Of a stretch of 64,000 bases of DNA, positions 39,682 to 49,531 are shown piece after piece (the stretch's first letter is position 1; each line of letters opens with the position of its first letter). The notes beneath the pieces were generated by a model. That model worked only from the letters and a program-made list of their open reading frames with translations, was not told where the DNA came from and did no database searches. Location: assembly GCA_963703285.1 (NCBI GenBank), contig OY969807.1, forward strand, positions 1,472,001 to 1,536,000. The letters run 5' to 3'. Source of the DNA: an uncultured Nitrososphaerota archaeon. Its GTDB lineage: Archaea; Thermoproteota; Nitrososphaeria; Nitrososphaerales; Gagatemarchaeaceae. Position numbers and translations under genes: made by a program.

Positions 39682-40676
39682 CCAAGGCGCTCGTCGTCGA
39701 GAACCTCGTCAAGGAGTTTCCGCTGAGGGGCGGGCTGCTCAACCGCGTGAAGGGGGGAATCAAGGCGGTCGACGGCGTCTCGTTCGAGGTCGAGGAGGGC
39801 ACCACGTTCGGGATAGCGGGCGAGTCGGGCTCGGGGAAGAGCACGCTCTGCATGACCATCGCCAAGCTCCTCGAACCGACGTCGGGGAGGATAGTCCTCG
39901 ACGGGAAGGACTACGGCGCCGCGAAGAAGGAGGAGCTGCGCGAGCTGAGGTCGAGGCTCCAGATAGTCTTCCAGAACCCGGTCTCGTCGCTCGACCCCCA
40001 CATGACGGTGGGGACGATAGTCGGGGAGCCGCTGAAGGCGCTCCGGAGGCTCCCGGACTCCGAGAGGGAGGCTGCGGTGCGGGGGCTCCTGGAGAAGGTC
40101 GGGCTGGCCCCGTCGCTGGCGGGCAGGTATCCCCACGAGCTGAGCGGCGGACAGGCCCAGCGCGTCTCGATCGCCAGGGCGCTCTCGGTCAGCCCCAGGG
40201 TCCTGCTGCTCGACGAGCCGACGTCGGCCCTCGACGCCTCCGTCCAGGCGCAGGTCCTGAACGTCTTCAACGAGCTGCAGAAGGAGCTCGGAATCGCTTA
40301 TCTCATCGTCTCGCACGATCTCTCGGTGATAGGCCACATGTGCGACCAGGTGGCGATAATGTACGCGGGGAGGTTCGTGGAGACGGGCACCTACGAGGAC
40401 GTCTTCTACTCCGCCAACCACCCGTATACGGCCGCCCTCCTCGGGTCGGCCCACATGCTGGACGATCCCTCCCTCCAGGACCGGTTCGAGCTCAAGGGAG
40501 ACATCCCCAGCCCGAGGAACCCGCCGCCGGGGTGCACGCTGAACCCCCGCTGCCGCTTCGCCTCGCAGGTCTGCAGAGAGGAGTACCCCGCGACGGTCGA
40601 CGTGGGGTCCGACCACCAGGTCGCCTGCCACAACAAGGAGGCCCTCGTGGCTGCGAGGGAGGAGGCTTCGCGTTGA
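39678..40676 (+). CDS. Peptide ABC transporter ATPase (OppF/DppF-like)
   Basis: AVDGVSF, GESGSGKST, LSGGQAQR, LDEPT; probable ATA start at 39678. Confidence 0.93.
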   Translation: MAKALVVENLVKEFPLRGGLLNRVKGGIKAVDGVSFEVEEGTTFGIAGESGSGKSTLCMTIAKLLEPTSGRIVLDGKDYGAAKKEELRELRSRLQIVFQNPVSSLDPHMTVGTIVGEPLKALRRLPDSEREAAVRGLLEKVGLAPSLAGRYPHELSGGQAQRVSIARALSVSPRVLLLDEPTSALDASVQAQVLNVFNELQKELGIAYLIVSHDLSVIGHMCDQVAIMYAGRFVETGTYEDVFYSANHPYTAALLGSAHMLDDPSLQDRFELKGDIPSPRNPPPGCTLNPRCRFASQVCREEYPATVDVGSDHQVACHNKEALVAAREEASR

Positions 40677-41248
40677 GGAACCGGACCCTCGTCGCCATAC
40701 TCATCGCCATCCTCGTCGTCGGGGGCGCGTACATCGGGCAGATGGCGGCGCGAGGGGGCACGACCACCACCGTTACGGCTTCGGGCCAGTCCGGGATTAC
40801 CAGCTACTCGGTCTGCTTCAGCCCCGCGGGTAACTGCGCTGCGGTGATATCCGCACTCATAGCGGAGGCCAACAGCTCGATACACATCGAGATCTACACG
40901 TTCACGAACACGGCCCTCGCCGACGCGCTCGTCGCAGCCAAGGACAGGGGGGTCGATGTCGAGGTGTTCATGGACGGCAGCGAGGCGGACAACGATAACA
41001 TCGCGGTCGTCTCGATCCTCAACCAGGGAGGCGTACCGCTGAAAATCTACTCGCCGCCAAACGGGATAGTCCACGACAAGGTGGCCATCATCGACGATAA
41101 GATCGTCATCACCGGGAGCTACAACTGGTCCTACTCCGCCAACGACGACAACGACGAGAACCTCCTGGTCCTCAACTCCACGAGCCTGGCCAGCCAGTAC
41201 GAGGCCAACTTCGAGAGCCTCTGGAGCCTCGTCAACGCCACGAGTTGA
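40673..41248 (+). CDS. Membrane-anchored PLD-superfamily (Nuc-like) nuclease
   Basis: TTG start overlapping the upstream stop, N-terminal TM segment, FSP, IYTFT, HDKVAIID..VITGSYNW, NDEN. Confidence 0.9.
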   Translation: MRNRTLVAILIAILVVGGAYIGQMAARGGTTTTVTASGQSGITSYSVCFSPAGNCAAVISALIAEANSSIHIEIYTFTNTALADALVAAKDRGVDVEVFMDGSEADNDNIAVVSILNQGGVPLKIYSPPNGIVHDKVAIIDDKIVITGSYNWSYSANDDNDENLLVLNSTSLASQYEANFESLWSLVNATS

Positions 41249-41252
41249 GACC

Positions 41253-42026
41253 ATGAAAGATTGGGAGAGCCTCTCGGACTGGTACGACAGGAAGCAGGGC
41301 GACGACGGGGACCTGTGGCACAGGGAGCTCATCGACCCCGTCCTGCTAAGGGTCGTGGGGGATTGCCGGGGCCTGAGCGTACTCGACCTCGGCTGCGGCA
41401 ACGGGTACCTCTCCAGAAGGCTGGCGAAGGCCGGCGCCAAGGTGACGGCCGTCGATGGGTCCCCCCGGATGATCGCGAATGCGAGAGCTCACGACCCAAA
41501 GAACCTCCTCGGGATAAGGTATCTTCGCTCCGACGCCGCCAAGCTGAGCGGAATCTCCAGTGCCAGCTTCGACGTGGTCTTTGCCAACATGAGTCTGATG
41601 GACATCGAAGATGCCGAGGGCGCCATCAAGGAGGTTAGCAGGGTCCTCAAGCGCCGGGGAAGGTTCGTCGCAAGCATAAGCCACCCTTGCTTCGACATCA
41701 TGTCCAACTCGAACTGGGTCGCTGAGAAGAGCTTAGGCAGACCACCGGAGGTTTCGAGGAAGGTGAGGGGCTACAGGAGGCCGTTCTTCAACGAGGTCCC
41801 GTGGAACTTGGGGAAGGACAAGAGGATGTACACGAGGTCGTACCACAGGCCCCTGAACTGGTATGCACGGAGCTTGCACGCTCAGGGGCTGGCGATAACT
41901 GCGCTGGAGGAGCCGGAACCGACGAGAGAGTTCATAGAGGAGGAACAGAAGAAGCCCGGTAGCATGGATGGCCCAGGTTTCCTCGAAGTTCCCCTCCACC
42001 TCGTCATCGAGGCGAGGAAGCTTTGA
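41253..42026 (+). CDS. Class I SAM-dependent methyltransferase
   Basis: VLDLGCGNG, FDVV, RVLKRRGRF..SISHPCF, YHRPL. Confidence 0.93.
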   Translation: MKDWESLSDWYDRKQGDDGDLWHRELIDPVLLRVVGDCRGLSVLDLGCGNGYLSRRLAKAGAKVTAVDGSPRMIANARAHDPKNLLGIRYLRSDAAKLSGISSASFDVVFANMSLMDIEDAEGAIKEVSRVLKRRGRFVASISHPCFDIMSNSNWVAEKSLGRPPEVSRKVRGYRRPFFNEVPWNLGKDKRMYTRSYHRPLNWYARSLHAQGLAITALEEPEPTREFIEEEQKKPGSMDGPGFLEVPLHLVIEARKL

Positions 42027-43507
42027 CGAAGACGGCAGACTCGGTCGGTGGGGCCCGAAGGGCCGGGCCGGGTGAGAATCCTGCGGAGTCGATGCCGGTC
42101 ACGGAGCCACAGTTTCTGCTCAAGCTGCATGCGAGTTTCTATCCGGACACCTTCGGTGTCTTCGATTCGAAGCTCAACCTCCCGGTGACCGGCTCAATCC
42201 TCCTGACTCAGGGGGTCCGCCGGATAGTCGACACTCCGGAGTTTCAGCGCATGAGGGGCGTGAGGCAGCTGGGTCCCACAATGTTCGTCTTCCCGGGCGC
42301 GAACCACACGAGGTTCGAGCACTTGCTGGGCTGCTACTTCCTTGCCCTCCGGTACATCGAGAGGCTGGCGGACCTCGAGAGCTTCAGGGAGCTCTTCAAT
42401 CCCGTCGCGAGGTCGACCCAGCTCGTCGTGCTGTCAGCCCTGCTCCACGACGTGGGGCACTATCCCTACTCGCACTGGATCGAGGAGATTGACAAGGGGT
42501 CGCTCCCAAGGAAGTTCGACTTCCCGCGGCACGAGGAGAGGGCGCGCAAGATACTCTGCGGCGGCGGGAGCCAGATCGGAGGCCTGCTGGAGGGCCAGTG
42601 GGGGATAGACCCGGGCGAGATCGCCGACAACATAGAGAGGAAGCTCATCCCGAACGACCTCGTCAATTCTTTCATAAACTCGATCGTCGACGTCGACAAG
42701 GTCGACTACCTGGTGCGCGACAGCGTGCACTGCGGCGTCCCCTACGGGGAGGGCATCGACACAGAGAGGCTGCTCGACTCGCTCTACGTCGACCCCTCGA
42801 CGAGCAAAATCTGCGTGACAGAGAAGGGCAAGTCGTGCGTGCAGTCGATCATCTCGTGCAGGAACAACATGTACCAGGAGGTCTACTGGCACAAGACGGT
42901 GAGGGCGTGCCACGCCATGTTCAAGCGGTTCTTCTTCGAGTACCTCGCTGCCGGGATCGACGACCCCGAGACGGTCGAAGAGTACTTCGGCTACCCGGAC
43001 GACTACTTCATCAACACGCTGTGGAACAGGTCGGCAGCGAGCGGGAAGGACCTCGGGGAGCTGATCAGCCCCTTCGCGTTCAAGGGGCGCTCGCTGTACA
43101 AGCCTGCGTACGCCTACTACTACGGCCAGCCGGCCGGCGAGCCCGCCGAGGCGCAGAGCTTCTTCGAGGACGAGGTATCGCGGGCGGGCTACGCCCGGCT
43201 TGTGGAGCTGAGCGGAGCGCTCGCGAGGGAGCTGGCCAAGAAGATCCCGGGACTGACCCCGCTCGACATACTCGTCGACAGGACGCCCGTGAGAGAGGAG
43301 CACGAGCGCTCGCACCTGGAGGGGTTCAGGACCTGGAACACTAAGAAGAGCAGGTGGGAGGAGTGCCCCTCGACGCTGAAGACGCTCAACAACTACCTGG
43401 GAGAGAACCAGCAGGCCTACGTCTTCTGCAACCCGAGATACTACAGGGAGTTCCGAGAGGTCGCCGGGAGGGGCGAGGGGCTGGACAGCGTCTTCGGGCG
43501 CGTCTGA
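42023..43507 (+). CDS. HD-domain phosphohydrolase (dNTP triphosphohydrolase / SAMHD1-like)
   Basis: FQRMRGVRQLG, HTRFEH, LLHDVGH, DVDKVDYLVRD, MYQEVYWHK. Confidence 0.9.
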   Translation: MTKTADSVGGARRAGPGENPAESMPVTEPQFLLKLHASFYPDTFGVFDSKLNLPVTGSILLTQGVRRIVDTPEFQRMRGVRQLGPTMFVFPGANHTRFEHLLGCYFLALRYIERLADLESFRELFNPVARSTQLVVLSALLHDVGHYPYSHWIEEIDKGSLPRKFDFPRHEERARKILCGGGSQIGGLLEGQWGIDPGEIADNIERKLIPNDLVNSFINSIVDVDKVDYLVRDSVHCGVPYGEGIDTERLLDSLYVDPSTSKICVTEKGKSCVQSIISCRNNMYQEVYWHKTVRACHAMFKRFFFEYLAAGIDDPETVEEYFGYPDDYFINTLWNRSAASGKDLGELISPFAFKGRSLYKPAYAYYYGQPAGEPAEAQSFFEDEVSRAGYARLVELSGALARELAKKIPGLTPLDILVDRTPVREEHERSHLEGFRTWNTKKSRWEECPSTLKTLNNYLGENQQAYVFCNPRYYREFREVAGRGEGLDSVFGRV

Positions 43508-43519
43508 GCGAGGACCGGC

Positions 43520-44266
43520 TCAGTCCTGCCGCCACTTGGACAGCTTAGCGGCGAGGAGTATCAGCGCCAGGGCGTAAGCCACCCCTCCGGCGAAGTCGAG
43601 CAGCAGCTCCGTCGACGAGAGGCTGACCAGGCCCGTGGCGCCCTGGATTATCCTTGCGGGGTACGTCGTCGGCGCGAGGTATGCGAGAAACTGGAAGGGT
43701 CCAGGGATGAGCGAGATCGGGTAGAAGACGGGAGGCAGGAACGCGAGGGCCACGTTGACGAGCGGGGAGTAGACCCAGAGGTCTCTCACGTCGCGGGCGA
43801 AGGTGCTTATCATGAAGCCGAGCGCGGAGATGGAGCCCCAGGTGATCACGGCTGCGATGGCTATCTCGACGGCCCCCAGCGCGCTTATCCTAGCGTAGAG
43901 ACCCAAGAGTGTCGAGAAGAGCGCAATCCCGGCGATGCCGTTGCAGAGCTGGGCGGCCGAGAGGCCGACGACGTAGGTGACGGAGGAGAGCGGGGAGGAG
44001 ACGAACATGTCCTGGAGCTTTACGACGAGCCTCAGGAAGGCGGCCTCGGTCTCGAGGATTATGCAGCTCCCCACTATGACAGCGACCAGCCCGCCCCCGA
44101 GCGCGAAGACCGCCCTGCTGGGCCCCGCGAAGATGTAGATGAAGAAGAGGATGGTGAGGGGGCTCACGATGAAGTTGATCAGGCTGAAGGGCGACCTTCT
44201 TATCGGAAGCAGGCCGTCGAACCAGACCAGCGCAAGGACAGCTCTAACTCGCTCACTCGGACTCGA
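43520..44266 (-). CDS. ABC-2 type exporter permease
   Basis: Six TM segments, PPVFYP, APTTY; frame extends upstream of the track start (44167) to 44266. Confidence 0.88.
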   Translation of the reverse strand, partial: SSPSERVRAVLALVWFDGLLPIRRSPFSLINFIVSPLTILFFIYIFAGPSRAVFALGGGLVAVIVGSCIILETEAAFLRLVVKLQDMFVSSPLSSVTYVVGLSAAQLCNGIAGIALFSTLLGLYARISALGAVEIAIAAVITWGSISALGFMISTFARDVRDLWVYSPLVNVALAFLPPVFYPISLIPGPFQFLAYLAPTTYPARIIQGATGLVSLSSTELLLDFAGGVAYALALILLAAKLSKWRQD

Positions 44267-45170
44267 TCTGACCCACCTCGTTGATGTACACGTCCTCGAG
44301 GCTCGACTGCCTCACCGACACTTCGAGACCCCTCTTCAGGCACAGCGACGCGAGGTCGGAGGCTCCCTGCTGCGTCGTGAGGACGCGCACCCCCGTCCCC
44401 GCCCTGAGGACCCTTCCGAAGGCCCCGTACTCCGAGAGGTCTCCGCCGGCCGTCTTCACGATCACCGCGTGGGTGAAGTCGAGCCTCTTCCTTATCTCGG
44501 AAGGAGTGCCGACCGAGACCAGCTTCCCCTTGTTGATTATCGCGAGCGAGTCCGCGAGCTGCTCCGCTTCGTCCATGTAGTGGGTGGTGAGGAGGATCGT
44601 CCGCCCCAGGGCCACGTACCTCCTCACCAGGTTCCACACCTCGACCCTGGCGACGGGGTCTAGACCTATCGTCGGCTCGTCCAGGAGGAGCAGGTCGGCT
44701 TCCGAGCTCATCGCCATCGCAATGAGGACCCTCTGCCTGAGACCGCCCGACAGGTTCGCGCATATGGTGTCCCTGTAGCCCGTGAGGTTGAGAGAAGCGA
44801 GCGTCGCGTCGGCCCTCTTCCTCGCTTCGCCGTATCCGAGGCCCCTGCAGACGAGATAGGTGAAGACGTGCTCGAAGGGCGTCTGCAGGAGGTGCGGTCT
44901 TCCCTCCTGGGGGACGACGGCGATGGATTTCCTGACCATCTGGGGCTCCTTCACCACGTCGTAGCCGAGTACGCTCGCGGAGCCCGCAGAAGGAAGGAGC
45001 TGGGTGGCGACTATCCTCACGAACGTGGTCTTCCCGGCGCCGTTGGGTCCCAGGAGGGCGAAGACGGACCCGCCCTTGATCTTCAGCGATACGCCGTCCA
45101 GCGCTCTGGTCGTCGACTGGTACGTCTTCTGCAGGTCATCGGCGTCGATGACGACCGCGCCTCTCTCCAT
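44253..45170 (-). CDS. ABC exporter ATP-binding protein
   Basis: GPNGAGKTT, LSGG, LDEPT, TTHY. Confidence 0.95.
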   Translation of the reverse strand: MERGAVVIDADDLQKTYQSTTRALDGVSLKIKGGSVFALLGPNGAGKTTFVRIVATQLLPSAGSASVLGYDVVKEPQMVRKSIAVVPQEGRPHLLQTPFEHVFTYLVCRGLGYGEARKRADATLASLNLTGYRDTICANLSGGLRQRVLIAMAMSSEADLLLLDEPTIGLDPVARVEVWNLVRRYVALGRTILLTTHYMDEAEQLADSLAIINKGKLVSVGTPSEIRKRLDFTHAVIVKTAGGDLSEYGAFGRVLRAGTGVRVLTTQQGASDLASLCLKRGLEVSVRQSSLEDVYINEVGQIESE

Positions 45171-45244
45171 CGCCCCACGTTCCCGCCCGCCGGGATAAAA
45201 AGCGAGGTGGGACCTCAGCTGGCTTCCCCCGGCCTAGGTTCCGG

Positions 45245-45718
45245 TCACCAGTGGAGCGCCCTGCCGCAGACGCCGCAGTAGATCGCCCCCTCGTAGGTCT
45301 TGGCGCCGCAGTTGGCGCAGAACCTGTCGGCGTTCAAGTCGGGCGGGTCGCGACCTACGGCCTTCGTGAACTTGGCCCTGAAGACGGAGTCGAGGCTCTT
45401 CATGCTGGTCGGAAAGAGAGAGATTAGCTTGACGCGGTTCTTCTGATATTGCGCTATCTTCCACCTCGTGGTGCGGACGTACTCGTCCCTCTTCCCCTTG
45501 TCACGGACGTCGACGGCTCCCCAGTAGTGGACGTAGACATCGTACTCCGGCAGGTAGAAGTCCGGGCGGCCGATCTTCCCGCCCACCATCGGGAAGGTCC
45601 TCGCTGCCTTCCCGCTCTCGTAGCGGATGCCCAGCGAGGTCAGGTAGTCGGCGATGCGCTTCTTCGCCCTGCGCCTGTCGGCGAACAGGTCCGAAATCGC
45701 GTCGGGGATCTGCACCAA
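45245..45718 (-). CDS. PD-(D/E)XK-like domain with C-terminal zinc ribbon
   Basis: IADYL..LGIRYE, RPDFYLPEYDVYVHYWG, CANC..CGVC. Confidence 0.75.
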   Translation of the reverse strand: MVQIPDAISDLFADRRRAKKRIADYLTSLGIRYESGKAARTFPMVGGKIGRPDFYLPEYDVYVHYWGAVDVRDKGKRDEYVRTTRWKIAQYQKNRVKLISLFPTSMKSLDSVFRAKFTKAVGRDPPDLNADRFCANCGAKTYEGAIYCGVCGRALHW

Positions 45719-45725
45719 CTTCGCT

Positions 45726-46298
45726 TCACGACCTCGGCATGGCGAGGTTGGCCCCGCAGGACGGGCACTTGGCGTCCCTCACGGGGTCGACGAGCATCCC
45801 GCAGTACCTGCACGGGACCTTCACGACCTCCCTCTCGAGGACGAGCGTCTTGCCGGGGTCCTTCGCCGGCTCCCGCGAGAAGTCCTCGACCTCGCTGAGG
45901 GTGTCCTTTGACCACTTGTTGTTGCAGCTGGCGCAGCGGTAGTAGGTCCGTGTCGTTATCCGGAGGGTCGGGACGCGCTCCTGCCTGTTGATCTTCGTCT
46001 CCTCCTCGTAGGCCGTGCCGTCGGAGCGGCGCTTGTTCTTTGTGATCGTGTCCGTCCGTGTGACGATTCCGTACGCAGGCAGCCTGCTCTCGACGTGGGA
46101 ACCGGTCGTCTGGATCCGTCCCCTCGCCCCGCAGTAGGTGCACCTGGGCCGGCCGAAGTACAGTCCTCCGGCTACGATGAGGCCGAGGAGAAGGACTATG
46201 CCCGCAGCCGTGTAGTAGACAAGGGCCAGGAGGGTGACTAACACGGCGACGACTGTGATTATGCCTGTGGTCGTCCAGCGGCTCTGAACGGAACTCAA
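45726..46298 (-). CDS. Membrane-anchored zinc-ribbon protein
   Basis: Two TM helices and four CxxC pairs. Confidence 0.8.
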   Translation of the reverse strand: MSSVQSRWTTTGIITVVAVLVTLLALVYYTAAGIVLLLGLIVAGGLYFGRPRCTYCGARGRIQTTGSHVESRLPAYGIVTRTDTITKNKRRSDGTAYEEETKINRQERVPTLRITTRTYYRCASCNNKWSKDTLSEVEDFSREPAKDPGKTLVLEREVVKVPCRYCGMLVDPVRDAKCPSCGANLAMPRS

Positions 46299-46413
46299 CC
46301 GGATTCAGCGAGCGCGCGGAACGTGGAGGTCAGATATATAGAAGTGTTAGGGGATGAAATGCAATCCCGCGAGCAGGTGCTGGGACAGGACGGCCGGGAG
46401 ATATCTTTCATTT

Positions 46414-47031
46414 TCACGACGCGCCCTTTCTCGGACCTAGCCTGCTTCCGAGCGGAGACGGGACGGTTGATATTGCTTCTTCCCCCCGCTTGATCCGGCT
46501 GTATCGCGCGAGGACCCTCGCGCTCCTCCCGATGAGGAGGCCCACGCCGAACATCAGCAGAAGGTCGGTCACGACGGTGCCGTAGAGGGCCGCCCCGGTC
46601 AGGGTGTAGCCGGCTGTCATGATGTTGCTGAGGGCGCTCGGACCTATCACCGCGTAGTCGATGATCACCCTGACGACGAGGGCGGCGAGGTACACCACGT
46701 AGATCGCGACGCCTCCCCTGAAGTGCACCGACCCGTCGGCGTGGCTCCAGAACGTGATCCGGTGGTCGGAGTACCTCTCTGAGGCCACCACGGCGACCGC
46801 CAGGAAAAGAGCGTAGATGGGCGCGAGGAGGATGGGGACCCCCTCGTAGAAGGAGCCCACCGAGACGAACGCCCCGACGGCCGCGTAGACTGCTGCGAAG
46901 ATGATGGTCCTCTCCGGACGGAAGCGAGACCCGCGGTAGGTGAGGTAAACCCTCCGGGTGGCGCTCGTGATGAGGAGCGCAAAGACGAGAAGGACAGCCT
47001 CGGAGAAGCCCGGCAGCTGGGTCGAAGGCAC
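46414..47031 (-). CDS. Membrane protein (CcdC/DUF1453-like)
   Basis: About five TM segments; GTG at 47031 with an AT-rich box upstream. Confidence 0.65.
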   Translation of the reverse strand: MPSTQLPGFSEAVLLVFALLITSATRRVYLTYRGSRFRPERTIIFAAVYAAVGAFVSVGSFYEGVPILLAPIYALFLAVAVVASERYSDHRITFWSHADGSVHFRGGVAIYVVYLAALVVRVIIDYAVIGPSALSNIMTAGYTLTGAALYGTVVTDLLLMFGVGLLIGRSARVLARYSRIKRGEEAISTVPSPLGSRLGPRKGAS

Positions 47032-47182
47032 TGTCGGTTCGAGTTGGTGCGCTGGGTTCTTAATCGTTCTCATGTCGGAGACCGGCGCCGCTGGTGCGCG
47101 CCCCGAGACCCGTGCACCTGACAGGTCGACCGCAAGGGGAATCGGTAAAGTAGCAGGGCCGATGAGGGGGAGAGACGAGACC

Positions 47183-48074
47183 ATGAAGTTCGGCTTGTGC
47201 GTCCCAAACTACGGAACGACGGCCTCGGCAGAGGCGCTGTCCGCCGTCGCGGTCGAGGCGGAGGCGCGGGGGTACGACTCGGTCTGGACGACAGACCACA
47301 TCCTGATGCCGAGCAACAGCGGCACCCCCTATGAGAGGATCTTCGACAGCCTCGCGTCCCTCGCCTACCTCGCCGCGCAGACCAGGAGGGTCAGGCTCGG
47401 CGTCTCCTCGCTCATAATCGCGATGCGCAACCCCGTGGTCGCGGCGAAGCAGCTCGCCTCGATCGACGCTCTCAGCGGCGGGAGGGTCCTCCTGGCCATC
47501 GGCGCGGGATGGAACGAGAAGGAGTTCTCCTTCCTAGGTTCGGACTTCCACACCCGGGGGAAGAGGGTCGACGAGTCGATACGCTTGATCAGGAGCCTCT
47601 GGCGGGGTGAGACCAGCTTCTCGAGCCGACGTCTGTCCCTGAAGTTCCAGGACGCGGTCTTCGAGCCCAGGCGCGACTCCAAGGAGATTGAGATTCTGGA
47701 TAGGCGGGGCCAGCGAGGCGGCGATGAAGAGGGCGGCGATGCTCGGCGACGCGTGGCACCCCAACGTCGCCCCGATGGAGGTCTTCGGGGGGCTCGTGGC
47801 CCGGTTCCGCGAGGTCTCCCCCAGAGCCAAGGAGGAGAGAATCTGCGTCAGGGTGGCCTTCGACCACCGCGCCGAGAAGGGCGAGTACATGGGCCCCCAG
47901 GGGGACAGGCGCGTCAAGCTCACGGGGAACATGGCCGAGAACGCGAAGCTAATCGAGGAGCTGGAGGGCGTCGGCGTCTCTCAGGCCGTGCTGTCTCCGA
48001 GCCCCCAGGGGCTGACGGAGACGAAGGATCAGCTCGAGGGGATCCGCGCCTTCGCCGACAGGTTCGTCCGATAG
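47183..48074 (+). pseudogene. LLM-class (F420-dependent type) oxidoreductase, frameshift near 47693
   Basis: SVWTTDH, RNPVVAAKQLASID.LSGGR, then WIGGASEAAMKRAA..GDAWHP in another frame. Confidence 0.85.
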
Positions 48075-48168
48075 CCGCCACGGCGAAGCCCGCCCGGCGT
48101 TCCCGGCGCGGAAGATCACCCAGGGGTGGGAACGAATTTAACACGTCTCTCCTCCCGAGACAGGAGAG

Positions 48169-49048
48169 TTGCGATATCCAAGAAGGATCAGAGTGGGCGA
48201 CGCGAAGCTCACGGTCGTCGAGGTCGGGAAGCTCACGATGAAGGTCTCGGAGATCGTCAGGAAGGGGACGGAGCTGCCGCGGGGGACCAGTTTCGATTCC
48301 GACGTCGAATTTCCAATTTACAACGCGCACATCGCGCTCGGGGAAGCCTCGGTCATCGTGGACCCGTGTGACTACGATGCGGTCTGCCCGGTCGGGCACC
48401 CCTGGAGGCCGGCTGGATACGTCCCTCCTCGGCCCCTCATTGCCCAGCTGTCCAGGATGGGGATAGCGCGCGCGGACGTCACGGACGTCGTCATCACGCA
48501 CTTCCACGCAGACCACTGCACGGGTTCGACGATCAAGACGGATGAGGAGGGCTACGTCCCGGCCTTTCCACGGGCAAGGTACTACCTCGGGGCGGCCGAT
48601 TGGACCTCGCCGGCGGTGCAGGCGGACCTGAGGAGCGACCCGGAGACCATCAACTCGCTCGGAGTCCTCGGTGCATCCAAGCGGCTCACCCTCGTCGACC
48701 GCCAGACCCAGGTGGCCCCCGGGATTACCATCGTGCCTGCACCTGGAGAGAGTCCGGGGCACCAGAATCGTCCGGGTGACGTCGAACGGCGCGACGCTCT
48801 ACTGCATAGGCGACCTCTTCCACGAGCCCATGGACGTCGCGGACCCGAGGATAATGGCCGATTTCAACGACCCTGAGGTGAACCTGAGGAGCAGGACCTC
48901 CTTCCTGGCCGAGGCGTCCGGAGGGGACTGCCTGGTCTTTGCGGGCTACATGTCGCTCGGGAGAATCCGCAGGAAGCGAGCGGGGAGAGTCCGCAGAAGG
49001 GGAGCGGGTTACGAATGGAAGGAGCTACGACCCTCCCTGACTCTGTAG
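48169..49048 (+). pseudogene. MBL-fold hydrolase, frameshift near 48766
   Basis: THFHADH, PAPGESPGHQ, then IVRV...IGDLFH in another frame. Confidence 0.82.
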
Positions 49049-49118
49049 GGCTCCTTCTCGCGGAACGCGACGACCCGCAACGTGGGTTTTGAGTCTCGGG
49101 TCGAGGAATCCTCACACG

Positions 49119-49511
49119 ATGCTGTATACCAAAAAGCGCAGAACGATGTTCGGTCGACATATGAGCCTAAAGGAAGCGATGGTCCTGATGAACGGTCGCG
49201 AGTACGGGAGAGCCATCTCCATCCTGGAAGAAGAAGCTTCCAACGAGAGCAGGTCTCCATCGGAAAGGGCCGGATATTGTGAATGGGTGGCCGAGTGCCA
49301 CCGCAAACTCGAGGACTACAAGATGTGCGGCGATTGGTACCTCGAGGCCGTCAAGAGGATCGTCTCGCAACAGCTGGACCTGAGATCGAAGGCGAGGCAG
49401 GCTCTGCCGTTTAGCGAGAAGGCTCTGGAGAGCTACAAGCTGGGCGGGGACACCGTCGACGTCCTCGAGGCTGCGAAGCTCAGGCAGAGGCTCCTAGACC
49501 TCGCGAAGTAG
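49119..49511 (+). CDS. Hypothetical all-alpha (TPR-like) protein
   Basis: Repeated amphipathic helices; start uncertain. Confidence 0.65.
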   Translation: MLYTKKRRTMFGRHMSLKEAMVLMNGREYGRAISILEEEASNESRSPSERAGYCEWVAECHRKLEDYKMCGDWYLEAVKRIVSQQLDLRSKARQALPFSEKALESYKLGGDTVDVLEAAKLRQRLLDLAK

Positions 49512-49531
49512 CGAGAGGCGCTGAGGCGCGG

